Positions 49,701 to 59,509 of a stretch of DNA of 64,000 bases are shown piece after piece. Under the pieces are notes generated by a model. The model was not told the DNA's origin. It worked only from the letters and a program-made list of their open reading frames with translations, and ran no database searches. How positions within the stretch are numbered: the stretch's first letter is position 1; every line of letters starts with the position of its first letter. A program made the translations under genes and the position numbers. The DNA comes from a virus, in the IMG/VR virus record IMGVR_UViG_3300034061_001913, positions 10,217-74,216 of that record; one strand, 5' to 3'.

Positions 49701-52700
49701 TTGATATATGTTAAGTGTCTTAGCAATGTGTTGTTTAAGTTTTTCAGCTTCTTCTGCTGCATCTTCTCCTGGAAAAAACTGTTCTCTAAGAGTCTTGTCA
49801 AATACCATAGCAGCTAAAGCTTCTGCTTCTAGCTCATCTACTTTGTCGTTCATCAAAACAACTGGGCTATCATTAACTACAATAAAGGTTTGTCCAGGAA
49901 CACCTGCTATAGTTTCATTGCCTAGTTTTTGTTTTGCATTCTTTAAAACCTGTATGTTCTCTTCTGTTACTTCTAGTCCACTTTCTTGTAAAGGAACTAG
50001 AGTTTCTGTTGCAGTTATAAAAGTTCCCTGAGTAATTCTGCTGATAGGGAAGTCTTCTGAATGGGTAGGATCTGTTTTAATTTTTTTGGCTAATTTTACA
50101 ACAGCCTCTTTTATAGGAACAAATTGTTGAAGTTCTGCTACTCTTTCACCTAAGATGTTTTCCCAATAAGGAAGTCGCTTAGTGTCTTCTTTTTCTAGAA
50201 TCTGAGGATCGCTATCTATGTTAGTATAGAAGGGATAACCGTCAAACGATTGTATAGCTCCTGCAGAGTTAACAATTGTTAAGATTGGGTCCGAAAGATT
50301 GGCTCCATTCCTTTCTACCATATACAATAACTCTGGAAGGTTTCTTCCGGAGCTAAGAGTTTGTTCAAAGAAGTCTTCTCCAAAGAAGTCGTTTAGTTGT
50401 TTAAGCATAGGAGCAATCTGCTCTGCTTTTTTTGCTGGAGAACCTTTAATTGCTTTGTAAGCTTCATGAGCTTCATTAAGTAAGTTTACAAAGTCTTGGA
50501 AGTCTAAACCTTGGTTGGCAGCAAGCTGTTGTAGGAAGTTTAGCCTAGAAGTGATTCTTACTTTAAATGTACTGTAATCTTGTTGAACAAGAAACCTTAA
50601 AATGTTTGCATTTCTTTGAATCGCAGGATCTTTGGAAAGTTCGTTATTCTCAGGCACTTCAAAACCATAAGTAGAAGAAGGTATCTGCAATTGTATTACA
50701 GCATTCTGTCTTTCTACTAACGCTTTCTCTTTTGGAGTTGCTTCTGCATTGGCTTGTTGTTGTAGTGGGGTTTGCGGAGGAGCATCTTCTAATGTTAGTT
50801 TAGAAGATTTTTTTGGAGACGGAGCTTCTTCTTCCTCTGTTTTTGGTTGAATGCTTTTTCTCTTTTTATTAACTAGAAAGAACTTTGCAGCATATTTGGC
50901 CAAATCAAAAACACCAGTTATTTTATCTCTATACTGAGAAGGTACAGCATCTAATATAGCTTTACTTTCAGAAAGCATTTTATTAGAGTCATAAACTCCA
51001 GTTACAGTATTTGATATAAACTCTACTATCTTAGCCCAAATAACCGGGTCAGCTTTAATCTTAGCTAACTCTAACATGTCTTTTGTCTTCCTAATAAGTT
51101 TATTAGCAAAAGCTTCTTTAGATAAAGTGCTAGTTTTGTCGTTTGTCTTATTGTGTTTTTCAAAAAGGTTTGCAATAAACGTATCGTCGAATTTACCATC
51201 CTCACCTACATTTTGTCTAGTCTCTAAACCTTTCTGTTCTTCTGGAGTAAAAGCATCCCTTTCCTGGTCCTCTGTTTCTACTTCAACTGGGGCTTCGCTA
51301 GCAGCAGCTTGTTGTTTTCTTTCTTCTACTCTTTTTCCTAATGCTTTTTCTTTTGCAGCATCAAAAGTTTCTTGACTAATCTCTGGCACAAGTACCTCTC
51401 CAGTCTGTGGATTTTGTAAAGTAAAGGCTTTTTTTAGAGTCTCTAATTCAAATAAAGAGTCAAGGTTGGTATCTGCAGCTTCTTTCAAGATTTCAACAAG
51501 AGCTTCCTCTTTTTGTTCTTGAGGCAATTGTACAAAGTCATAAATCTTTTGAACTCTATTCTGTTCATAGCTAGCCATTAATTGTGCATAGTCTTCTTCA
51601 TTGACAAAATCTGCATTGGCTTTTAGGTTTTTAATTCTATTTTGGCTTTGAAATACAGAGTCACCAGAAACATCTTCTTCCAAAAGGTCTTCCGTAAATT
51701 TGTTTCTTCCGGTCTCAGGATTAATTGCTATCTCTTGACCTAGTTTTTCTTCCAAAGCCTGAATCAAAGCTTGTCTACCAGTTTGCTCTGTTTTGTATTT
51801 AGGAGGCATGGTTTTTACAAACTCTAACTGCTGCGTAATTTCTACTATACGGTCACTTATAACTTTAGGGTTACTTAGAGTTTGTACAGAATCAATTTGT
51901 TCTTGGAAAAGCTTTGCAACAGTTTTTTCCTTTTCCTCATCTGTCATATTAACAAACTGGTCAACTCTCTTCTTATTTTTTAAGATGCTCTTGTCTACAC
52001 TTTTAATCTCTTCTAAAAGGTCTTCTGGAGAGTTTTTAAAGTTGTCCTCTTTTAAGATACCTAGATCTACTAACTTTTTCTTTTCAGCCTGAGTAAACTC
52101 ATGGGTAGAGACAAATGTAACATTCTTCATAGTCTCTAAATAAGCTTTTTCTTGTTGGTCCTCTTTAGTTAAAGTTTCTTGCTTAGATAGTTCTTCTAAC
52201 CGTTCATTTGCTGACTCTTCAAAAAGTTTAATGAGTCTTGTATTTTTTAACGCTTTCTTTTGCTCATCGTTCAGTTCTTCATAGTTTATACTCTGTAGTT
52301 TGTTTTTGTACAAAACATCATGGAAGTATTTTTTCTGTGCATCTTTATCTGAGAGAAGAGTTCTTAAATCTTTTATGTTTGCAAATTCTGGAATAGAATC
52401 TAAGATAGACTTAGCCTCTGCAACAACCTGCAAAGCTTGAGCTGCTTGTTCCGGAGTGTATTTCTTTTTATTAAGTAACTCTTTAATTTTAACTTTATAG
52501 TGGTCTGGGTTATTAGCCATATCCCACAAAGTCTCATGTTCAGGTCCTAATTTATTTCTAGCAGCAGCTTGCTGTATTCCTACCCCTAAAAGACTATAGG
52601 GAGCCATACCTGCTAAAGAGTCTAGAAAAGTTTGTACTACATCTGTTGGTGTAAACTCATCTTCTTTTTTATAACTTTCATCCCCAGACTTTATCATTTT

Positions 52701-54668
52701 CCCTAGAAGGTAGTTTCCATAAAGAGACATCTCTTCTTCTAAAGATTCAGTAATACTTTGAGTTGCAGCTAACTTTCCTACTCTAGCACTATTCAACATA
52801 AAGTTTGTAAGCTTTTGAGTTGTAGTTGCTCCAAGAGGAGTAAACATACTTAAAAGTCCTCTAGCTACAGATTGGTCAAATCTTGTAGCACTAAACATAC
52901 CTACTTCAGGAGCACCTATAGCTTCTGTTAATCCTTCTACTACAGATCTACCAAAAGCACGTTTAGAAGCAACATCTCTGTCTTTAGTCCACCTAAGTTC
53001 ATCTTGGTACATATTACTATAAACACTTCCGGTAACTAGACCAAAAGTACTTACTCTATCTGCAAGTCTTAGTCCATTCCAAGCATTTACTGCATTCCAT
53101 CGTTTTCCAAAAGAAGAAGCAAATTTTCCTGCAGTTCCTAAAAAACCAGCAGCTTTACTAGCTCTTGCTAACTTACCCCCAACACCTTTAGTTACTGCAT
53201 CAAGTATTAAGATAGGAGCCATTTGTCCTATTACTGCAGCAGAAAGTTCTGGAATAGCTCCAGAGTTAAAACCTAAACTACCATCTTTTTTTGTATAAGT
53301 AAATTGGTTTGAAAGAATTAAGTTTCCATACTTATCAATGTCTAATGTGCCGTCTTTGTTTAAGTCTACTGGAACAGGACCATATTTTATATCATTACCA
53401 AGATGCTGTGCGTCTGGTTCATATTCATAAAAAGGAGTATAATAACTAACTATAGAACGAAACCCTCTACCAATTTGTATCCTAAATTGAGCTATAGACC
53501 TTTCAAACTTGTTATAAGTATCAATGTCGTAATCTTTGTTGCTGTTAGATACTCTTTTGTTTATGTTATCTAAGGCAGTTTCATAGTCTTTGATAGCTTC
53601 TACATTTCCAGTATCTGCTAGAGTCTTCATTTCTTTGTAGAAATAGTTAGCTATTCCATTTAAAGTTCTGTCCTCTAAACTTTTTGCAACAACTCTTTCA
53701 GACTCTGTAAGGTCTGCACCTGATAATATTTTTTCTCTGTCTTCTGGTTTTAATGTGTATATGTCTTCACCAGGTGAAGCATTCTCAAAAGCAAATGATT
53801 GCATTGCTTTTACAAATAAATCATTGTCTTTCCAAGATTTATTTGGGTCAAACAATTTATTAAACTGAGTTGCAGAGTTATTAGTATACCTTTGAAAAGG
53901 GTCTTTGATAGCAAACTCTCTGTACTCTTCTAAAAATTTCTTGCCTAAGTAAGGCGCTTTCATTTCGCCTAGCTTTTTTTGAATACCAGAAAATACAGAC
54001 TCAATCTTATTAACATCTTTAGTGTTTGTTTTGATAGCATCTTCAAACTCTGCAGGATATTTAGAAGGGTCTGGAAGAATGTAATCTCTTTCAGCACCAA
54101 AACTTCTTTTCATAGAACTGATTGTATTACGAGTACTGTATATCTCGTCTGCTAATCTAGTTTGGTAATCAATAGCCTTTGTACTATAATTATCTATCTC
54201 TTCTGCAATTTTATTAAAAGCAACAATATTGTCATCATTAACACCTTCTTTTTCTAAGTCAGTTATACTTTTGTAAAGATTGTCTACAATTAAAGACTTT
54301 CCTAGGTTTTGAGCATAAGTGCCTCTAGTGTCTACTACAGGTTTTATTCCAAAAGGAGGAGGTGTAGCTTGTCTTTTAGGTACAATGTTGTCTAAAAAAT
54401 AATTTGCAGACTCTATTTGTTGAGGAGTTACATTAACAGTTGTACCAGGAAAGTCTAGCAACTCTGTTAATGCCCCTCTTAAATTTAACGCAGGTACTTC
54501 TGCTTGCTTTGCTTTAGCTTGTGCTATTCTTTGTTCAGGAGTTCCATGTATAGCATCAGACATAGCTTGCTGTCTGTACAGTCTTTCCCCAACAGTTTTT
54601 CTTCCTTGTTGGTTTTGAGATACATACTTGTCTATACCCCTATTGAAGTTTTCTAACTTATTAGGCAT
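46755..54668 (-). CDS. Giant virion cargo protein (2637 aa) with C-terminal PD-(D/E)XK and ASCH-like modules
   Basis: IAGAIDMLL...IVDFKT...Q...Y; IKAGVKTTTVRS; hydrophobic G/A-rich segments in the N-terminal third. Confidence 0.75.
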   Translation of the reverse strand: MPNKLENFNRGIDKYVSQNQQGRKTVGERLYRQQAMSDAIHGTPEQRIAQAKAKQAEVPALNLRGALTELLDFPGTTVNVTPQQIESANYFLDNIVPKRQATPPPFGIKPVVDTRGTYAQNLGKSLIVDNLYKSITDLEKEGVNDDNIVAFNKIAEEIDNYSTKAIDYQTRLADEIYSTRNTISSMKRSFGAERDYILPDPSKYPAEFEDAIKTNTKDVNKIESVFSGIQKKLGEMKAPYLGKKFLEEYREFAIKDPFQRYTNNSATQFNKLFDPNKSWKDNDLFVKAMQSFAFENASPGEDIYTLKPEDREKILSGADLTESERVVAKSLEDRTLNGIANYFYKEMKTLADTGNVEAIKDYETALDNINKRVSNSNKDYDIDTYNKFERSIAQFRIQIGRGFRSIVSYYTPFYEYEPDAQHLGNDIKYGPVPVDLNKDGTLDIDKYGNLILSNQFTYTKKDGSLGFNSGAIPELSAAVIGQMAPILILDAVTKGVGGKLARASKAAGFLGTAGKFASSFGKRWNAVNAWNGLRLADRVSTFGLVTGSVYSNMYQDELRWTKDRDVASKRAFGRSVVEGLTEAIGAPEVGMFSATRFDQSVARGLLSMFTPLGATTTQKLTNFMLNSARVGKLAATQSITESLEEEMSLYGNYLLGKMIKSGDESYKKEDEFTPTDVVQTFLDSLAGMAPYSLLGVGIQQAAARNKLGPEHETLWDMANNPDHYKVKIKELLNKKKYTPEQAAQALQVVAEAKSILDSIPEFANIKDLRTLLSDKDAQKKYFHDVLYKNKLQSINYEELNDEQKKALKNTRLIKLFEESANERLEELSKQETLTKEDQQEKAYLETMKNVTFVSTHEFTQAEKKKLVDLGILKEDNFKNSPEDLLEEIKSVDKSILKNKKRVDQFVNMTDEEKEKTVAKLFQEQIDSVQTLSNPKVISDRIVEITQQLEFVKTMPPKYKTEQTGRQALIQALEEKLGQEIAINPETGRNKFTEDLLEEDVSGDSVFQSQNRIKNLKANADFVNEEDYAQLMASYEQNRVQKIYDFVQLPQEQKEEALVEILKEAADTNLDSLFELETLKKAFTLQNPQTGEVLVPEISQETFDAAKEKALGKRVEERKQQAAASEAPVEVETEDQERDAFTPEEQKGLETRQNVGEDGKFDDTFIANLFEKHNKTNDKTSTLSKEAFANKLIRKTKDMLELAKIKADPVIWAKIVEFISNTVTGVYDSNKMLSESKAILDAVPSQYRDKITGVFDLAKYAAKFFLVNKKRKSIQPKTEEEEAPSPKKSSKLTLEDAPPQTPLQQQANAEATPKEKALVERQNAVIQLQIPSSTYGFEVPENNELSKDPAIQRNANILRFLVQQDYSTFKVRITSRLNFLQQLAANQGLDFQDFVNLLNEAHEAYKAIKGSPAKKAEQIAPMLKQLNDFFGEDFFEQTLSSGRNLPELLYMVERNGANLSDPILTIVNSAGAIQSFDGYPFYTNIDSDPQILEKEDTKRLPYWENILGERVAELQQFVPIKEAVVKLAKKIKTDPTHSEDFPISRITQGTFITATETLVPLQESGLEVTEENIQVLKNAKQKLGNETIAGVPGQTFIVVNDSPVVLMNDKVDELEAEALAAMVFDKTLREQFFPGEDAAEEAEKLKQHIAKTLNIYQKQGRKVVFAFDQETQELVPFIPGVSGSQLNQEQLTKLFKELYYNVSKGEVNSMVPRFSMQEGEVVKVKDQTYVDFVKSTNKVYMTGNTPGVRRNQRIIFDMGVSISKTKAAPQPKAKTGPQQTPAKKKGPAGKLSLKDAEEQLTEDQTDEALAILDSKRQAPGNQELLDKIAKNKKRAELVEEVDENGKEVSYYLIDGNRYERVSSEIDFGGDKESFATKRATTVGRAIDTILRDVFAGRTPTKPDLLSAAAFKFITNQATVIYNALKDNYIINTDEIILWDEDAKIAGAIDMLLINKETGEVDIVDFKTSKWYKKVKENILGYSSEANGYVSMAENPKSEHISQQNSYGVMFARQYGITPGLNIMYIKLSFKDEETFNVTSATILTENGQPALPIPVDKTLVIPSLQENAKPKLRTKQVVTLQPAEEAPAPVSTDAKAAIEERRQEELKNNNGSTVKNEVYSIPILRDNRAKVRGDIQRYVTREIVEKAYNNDDREGANYQTLDTLIRRGAYSIEELNDLLPNWKELLPSTEEINAKYDAELAALETVAPATESKVEIQMQPDNIKKIKAGVKTTTVRSAAQAKQINIPVGQSAIVNFDGQDFKVTNRGALTIEEAGGKDAIIKSEGVKSENDFMYKQTKDWVNGKGKLYVYDIVPVEAKPAETIVTDFNPTRIEESKRKEFAKKVIDTLGGIKEIKINVEETQIVTREGLKDAKPQHTFDVTFENGETTTIYPDGGSFTGLSKYLTDPGSDIRFFAGISYLIEQELAGKKSEPVEQKAASTSGSLVGLKYELGTITKETDTKVEVTTSFPSFLNKADQVKTYNKKEVLFNLGLKEYLENNKESIFKNTSVEAGIKLLASQFGNTPQAFEQAKESVISALYDMISTLYEGKDSFNRAPSQLKSKGIKDFVNALFTELNALEVAPTQEAEPELSQEEKENYSPLAASLTVQQIEAAEKQKNNCEKNAKNNQSRIRKKSNTI

Positions 54669-54700
54669 TTTGTTACTAATATAAAACCTTATTTAGTTTT

Positions 54701-56566
54701 TTAATCTTGGTTATCTGAGTTTTGTTGATTCCGTTGGGTCTGTCGATCTGCATTTGAAGAATCTGAGCCAGAAAAATCAATAGTACTTCCAGTTCTAGGC
54801 ATAATTTGTTCAGTAGTAATTTCTTTATACTGGAAAGGCTGTCCTAGTATAACATGAGGGTCCATAAAAATTCTAGGATCCGTTATAAAGTTCATACCAT
54901 CTAAAACTTCTCTGTTATAGGCCAAAGAGTTATTAATAGCTATCCTAGTATTTGCACCTTTTTTTGAAGTAAGTTCATTATAAACTGAGTTAAGAGGATT
55001 TACTATTCTGTTGTTAATTTGAATTTCAACGTCTTTAGGATCAATATAAGCACGACGATCTAAAGTCACAGTGCTGTACAATCCACTCCACATAAAGTTA
55101 TGGTATTTGCTACCTGGCATACCTTTTCCAAGGTAATCATTAAAGACTTTAGCAATATTTGCTAATTGGTTCAATCCTTTTCCTTGAGCAGCATCAGATA
55201 AAGCAAGTCTAAAGTTTTCTACTTTTTTAATTTCGTTATCTGGTACTTTGTCTTTTGCTAAATCTACTTCCATTTGAGCTAGTTGATCTAGTATGTCAGG
55301 AATACGTTGGAGTATTTTACCTGCTTCTCCACCACCAGTACTAATACTTGCAGTAGGTACTCCATCGTTTATACCTTTGCTAGGTTTATTATTATAAGGC
55401 AATCCGTTTAGGGGATTTATTGATTCGGTTTCAATTTCTTTAAGTTTTTTATCATACAAGAATTTTTGGTAATCTCTTGCTGAGTTTAGGTTATGCTCAA
55501 GATTCTTAATGTAAATATCATCCGGTTTATAGTCATGCTCTTCTTTTCTCTGGCTGTAGTTACGAGATTTGCTAGTTATGTAATTATCCAAGTAATAAGG
55601 ATAGTATACATTTTCATCTATCTGATTAACATCAGCAAATTTTTGAGCATTTTCGTAAGCAGACTCTAATTGTATGTTTAGATCTTCTACCTCAGCTTCT
55701 GCTCTATCTAGCTGTTCTCTATTAAGGGCTGTTGGACTAGTCTGATACATTAACTTAGCTTTTTCAAGATTTGGTATAGCGGTCACTAAACCTTGATTAG
55801 CTAACTCGTATCTTTGTTGGAAATCTTGCAAAGCCATTTCTTGAATGTTTTGTACACCTAATTGTTTTAGGCTATGTCTAGCATTCATGTTTAGCTGCAT
55901 TAACTCTTTTTCGTCTAGTTCACTTTTTATAAACTGAGCTACTTTAGCATTTGTTAAGTACTCTGTTGTAACAATGTCTAAAAGGCCATCACGTCTTTGG
56001 CTAAGTCCTTTAAATATGTCAGGTTTTAAGTTTTTAATCTTTTCGGCTATTTTAGCATTAACATCTATGTAGGGAAGATACTCTTTGCCAGAACTTAAAG
56101 TAGAACCTACTTTACCATCGTTAAGATAGTCGTAAGCGTCTTCCATAAAGTAATAGTCATTAGCAGGTCCTCTGTCTTTAGAATCAAGACTAGAAAGAAC
56201 TTTCTGTCTTCTTTGTATCTCTTGACTGCTTTGTAAAGCATTCATGATAAGAGGATCAGTTTCTAAAGGTCTTCCTACAGACAACAAGTCTCTAAGACTA
56301 TTTATGTTTGCAAAGTCTGTTTTAGCAGCTCCTTCATTAATAGCCTTCATAAACTTATCCATCTCTTGACTAAAGTATTTTTTGTCTTCTTCTTTTACGA
56401 TAGAAAAACCATACTGGTCTAGAGTGTCAATTTGATTCTGAACTTTAGCAACTCCTTCGTTATAGAGTTGTTGTTTTATAGTACCTACTCTAATCAGTTC
56501 ATCAGCCGGTAATGGACTAATATAATCTGGGTAAACAAAGGGACTGTGTTTATGTGAAATAGCCAT
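54701..56566 (-). CDS. Putative virion cargo/ejection protein
   Basis: YISPLP...KQQLY start; position before the giant genes; no Cys seen. Confidence 0.65.
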   Translation of the reverse strand: MAISHKHSPFVYPDYISPLPADELIRVGTIKQQLYNEGVAKVQNQIDTLDQYGFSIVKEEDKKYFSQEMDKFMKAINEGAAKTDFANINSLRDLLSVGRPLETDPLIMNALQSSQEIQRRQKVLSSLDSKDRGPANDYYFMEDAYDYLNDGKVGSTLSSGKEYLPYIDVNAKIAEKIKNLKPDIFKGLSQRRDGLLDIVTTEYLTNAKVAQFIKSELDEKELMQLNMNARHSLKQLGVQNIQEMALQDFQQRYELANQGLVTAIPNLEKAKLMYQTSPTALNREQLDRAEAEVEDLNIQLESAYENAQKFADVNQIDENVYYPYYLDNYITSKSRNYSQRKEEHDYKPDDIYIKNLEHNLNSARDYQKFLYDKKLKEIETESINPLNGLPYNNKPSKGINDGVPTASISTGGGEAGKILQRIPDILDQLAQMEVDLAKDKVPDNEIKKVENFRLALSDAAQGKGLNQLANIAKVFNDYLGKGMPGSKYHNFMWSGLYSTVTLDRRAYIDPKDVEIQINNRIVNPLNSVYNELTSKKGANTRIAINNSLAYNREVLDGMNFITDPRIFMDPHVILGQPFQYKEITTEQIMPRTGSTIDFSGSDSSNADRQTQRNQQNSDNQD

Positions 56567-56572
56567 ATTGAT

Positions 56573-59458
56573 TTATTTTTTGTAAACTTTACCGCCAAAC
56601 TTTTTAGTGGCCTTAACTGGTCTAAAAGTTTCTGGTAAGTAATCTTCTTGAGGAAGTCCTGGATACAAGTCTTCTGCCATAGGAAGAGCTGTAGGAAGAA
56701 CTACAGGTAATACATTGTTGTAAGGATCTACATTATCTGTATAACTAGGATAGTACATATCTTCAGTTATAGGATAAGTTAAATCTTGTCTGTATACAGG
56801 TTGAGCCCAATTACCTTGATAAGCATCTAAAGGTGAAATGTTATTAGCTTGTGCAACTTTATTATCAATTGGATTTGTAGAAACAGGTTTTGCTACAGCA
56901 CCTTGTGGAGCTTGCGGTCTTGGATACCTGTTATAAAATCTTTGACTATATGGATTTACTTTTAAAGGATTTTTTAGGTCTGTTCCCTCATAGTAGTAAT
57001 TAGGCATAAGGTTAGCTACGTTGAACATTTTTACAAACTCATCTTGATTAAATTTACCATACTTGTTTGTAAGGCTGCTTATTGCTCTAAGTTTTTCTTG
57101 TTCTGCAGCATCTTGGGCAGCAGCCATGTATTCGTTATAGATAGAAGCAGCAGAAGTTACGTCTCTGTAGTTTTCTAGGTCTCTAGCTTGAGCATTGTAT
57201 TGGTCAGCTTGGAAACGTGCATTTGCATCGTAGTTCTGTTTGTTACCAAAGGCTTGTTGCTTGGCAGCTAAAGCTTGGTTAAACATTGCTGCATTACGGC
57301 TATTGCCAATAGAAGCATTTCCTGTATTCTGTCTAATTGCAGACTGGAAAGAATCATCAATAGCTTGAAGCTGTGGGTCAATGTTTAAAGTAGGAGGAGC
57401 AAGCTCAGTATGAGTAAAGTCCGGAGTGTAGTAACTGTAAGGTCTGTTAGCATACATGTAACCTAGAGCTTCTGGAGCAGCCTGATACAAAGGGAATCTA
57501 CCCATAGTACTAGGATAAGGTTTGTAAGTACTTTGATAGTCAATTTGACTACCTGGAGGAAGTACAAGAGGACCAGGAGGCTGTTCTTCTACAGGAATAT
57601 TAGCATAAGAAGGATTTCTAACATAAGAAGCAGCATCGTAATGTTCCCAACCTGATAACATATCATTTCCTATAGAAGGCCTAAAGCCTGATTCAGAAAA
57701 GCTATTCTCAATGGCCTTTGTTACATCTTGATAACGATTTTTGTAAAAGTCATCACTTATTAAAGCACTATCAGGAATATCAGAAACATCATAATTTAAT
57801 TCTTGAAGATAATTTCTTCTGTTCTCCGCTTTCTGTTTGGGATCACTTGTTATTGCTAGTTTTTCAGCTTCTTCGGGACTAACGCCTTCTGCTAAAGCTC
57901 TTTCATAAGTAGCACGTTGCTCGTAGTCTTGTGGAGTCATACCTCCTACAAAAGAACCAGTTTTTTCTAAAGTACCTGATTTACTCTTTGTAGAGTATCC
58001 TTCTGTAGGTTGTTGTATCTTGATTCGATATTTATCAGTTCCAAAACCTTTACCTGTTTTATTAACTACTTCAGAAATAAGTAATCTATCTTTAAAAGAA
58101 GGTTTAAAGTTTCCTTTAATTATAAGTTCAGTAGGATCGCCTTCTTTCCAACCTCTAGGTTTAATTTCTTCTATTTGTCCTGCTTTGATAGCCTGAGCAA
58201 TAATATCTTCAGCTATTTTTAGTTTATTAGCATTTTCAGGAGATTCTTGTGCCCAACCTCTCAAGAACAATCTTCCTTCAGCAAAATCTTTTGCAGCAGA
58301 AGATCTACTAGCTTTGGCTAACATTTTAGCCTGTACACTACTTACTTTAACAATAGTACCATCGGCTCTTTGTACAAAGTCTCCAGCTTTAATAGACTTA
58401 TCGTCTTCTTTTTTAATAACTGCATCTTCGGGTAGTTTGTACTTTTTTCCTTCGGGAGAGTAATATCCTCCACCTTGAAATTTAGCACTACCCATTACAT
58501 CAGTACCTGTAGTTAAAACAGAAGTATCACCAGGTGTTGCTCCGTAGAATGTAGAATCTTCTGGGAACATTCCACCGTCTTGAAACTCGGCCATTCCACC
58601 GGTGTATACTCCGCCATATTCAAATGGGTCTGTAAAGCTTAGGCTTTCTCCTTTCTTTAAGTCTAGTCCAAATTTAGCCATCATTCTTGCTTGGTCTGTT
58701 CCGTCTGAGTTACCATTCTGTCTTTGTTGGTCCTCAAACAATTCATTCAAGATAGCATTTTTACGGTCAAACATTAACTTGGCCGTATTTCTATCTATGT
58801 CATCTGCATAAGGGTTATTTAAAACCTCAAGTTCTTTTTTAGGATCGTGTTTCTTCGCTTGTTGAGCATAAGTTTTTTTACTACCAAAGGGTCTAAGAAA
58901 GTTAGAAAAAACACGACTACCATCAGGTAAGTTAGTATGTACTCCACCTTGTTCGTGGGAAGGTCCATGCACATGCTCAGTAGAAAGATTAGGAAGTTGT
59001 ATAAACTCACCCCCTTCTACTTCTACTTCTGTTATATCAGGAGAAGTACCTCTTCTAATGTTTGCACCATTTTTTCCTCTTCTAATTATACTTTGATATT
59101 CAGTACCTCCACTAGAATCTGGACCATGCATATGGTTGTAGTCAGTGATAGGCGTGTTTATAAATTGGTTTCTGAAGTCACGCTGAAACTCTTGACGTTC
59201 TTTCATAGCATCTTGGTTTATAAGATAGTTATCAATTGCATATAACGCAAGAGGAAAGAGATCATGGCCTTTGATATTGTCAAAAGAATTTCTATATGGA
59301 TCTTTGAGTTTATTCTGGCTTAAATCAACTCTTTTGTTATTAGCCATAACTTCACTCTTGTTGACTGTAGCAGTAGGCTTTATAGAAAGAGATTTAAACA
59401 CTTGGTCTCCAACTTGCAGTTTTCTTTTGTTGGAGACTTTGTTAGATTTTTTAGTCAT
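56573..59458 (-). CDS. Putative virion cargo protein
   Basis: EVEGGE...GPSHEQGGV...RVFS module, xxxGG motifs and a Q/N/A-rich helical C-terminal part. Confidence 0.7.
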   Translation of the reverse strand: MTKKSNKVSNKRKLQVGDQVFKSLSIKPTATVNKSEVMANNKRVDLSQNKLKDPYRNSFDNIKGHDLFPLALYAIDNYLINQDAMKERQEFQRDFRNQFINTPITDYNHMHGPDSSGGTEYQSIIRRGKNGANIRRGTSPDITEVEVEGGEFIQLPNLSTEHVHGPSHEQGGVHTNLPDGSRVFSNFLRPFGSKKTYAQQAKKHDPKKELEVLNNPYADDIDRNTAKLMFDRKNAILNELFEDQQRQNGNSDGTDQARMMAKFGLDLKKGESLSFTDPFEYGGVYTGGMAEFQDGGMFPEDSTFYGATPGDTSVLTTGTDVMGSAKFQGGGYYSPEGKKYKLPEDAVIKKEDDKSIKAGDFVQRADGTIVKVSSVQAKMLAKASRSSAAKDFAEGRLFLRGWAQESPENANKLKIAEDIIAQAIKAGQIEEIKPRGWKEGDPTELIIKGNFKPSFKDRLLISEVVNKTGKGFGTDKYRIKIQQPTEGYSTKSKSGTLEKTGSFVGGMTPQDYEQRATYERALAEGVSPEEAEKLAITSDPKQKAENRRNYLQELNYDVSDIPDSALISDDFYKNRYQDVTKAIENSFSESGFRPSIGNDMLSGWEHYDAASYVRNPSYANIPVEEQPPGPLVLPPGSQIDYQSTYKPYPSTMGRFPLYQAAPEALGYMYANRPYSYYTPDFTHTELAPPTLNIDPQLQAIDDSFQSAIRQNTGNASIGNSRNAAMFNQALAAKQQAFGNKQNYDANARFQADQYNAQARDLENYRDVTSAASIYNEYMAAAQDAAEQEKLRAISSLTNKYGKFNQDEFVKMFNVANLMPNYYYEGTDLKNPLKVNPYSQRFYNRYPRPQAPQGAVAKPVSTNPIDNKVAQANNISPLDAYQGNWAQPVYRQDLTYPITEDMYYPSYTDNVDPYNNVLPVVLPTALPMAEDLYPGLPQEDYLPETFRPVKATKKFGGKVYKK

Positions 59459-59509
59459 AACTTAAAAAGTTAAATAATAAAAACGGAAATGTAACGATTT
59501 CCGTTATTA

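Noticed and set aside
29346-54668. Split inteins as the explanation for the terminal Cys pattern
   Set aside because: No intein N-terminal block, no His-Asn end and no recognisable HINT domain at the termini.
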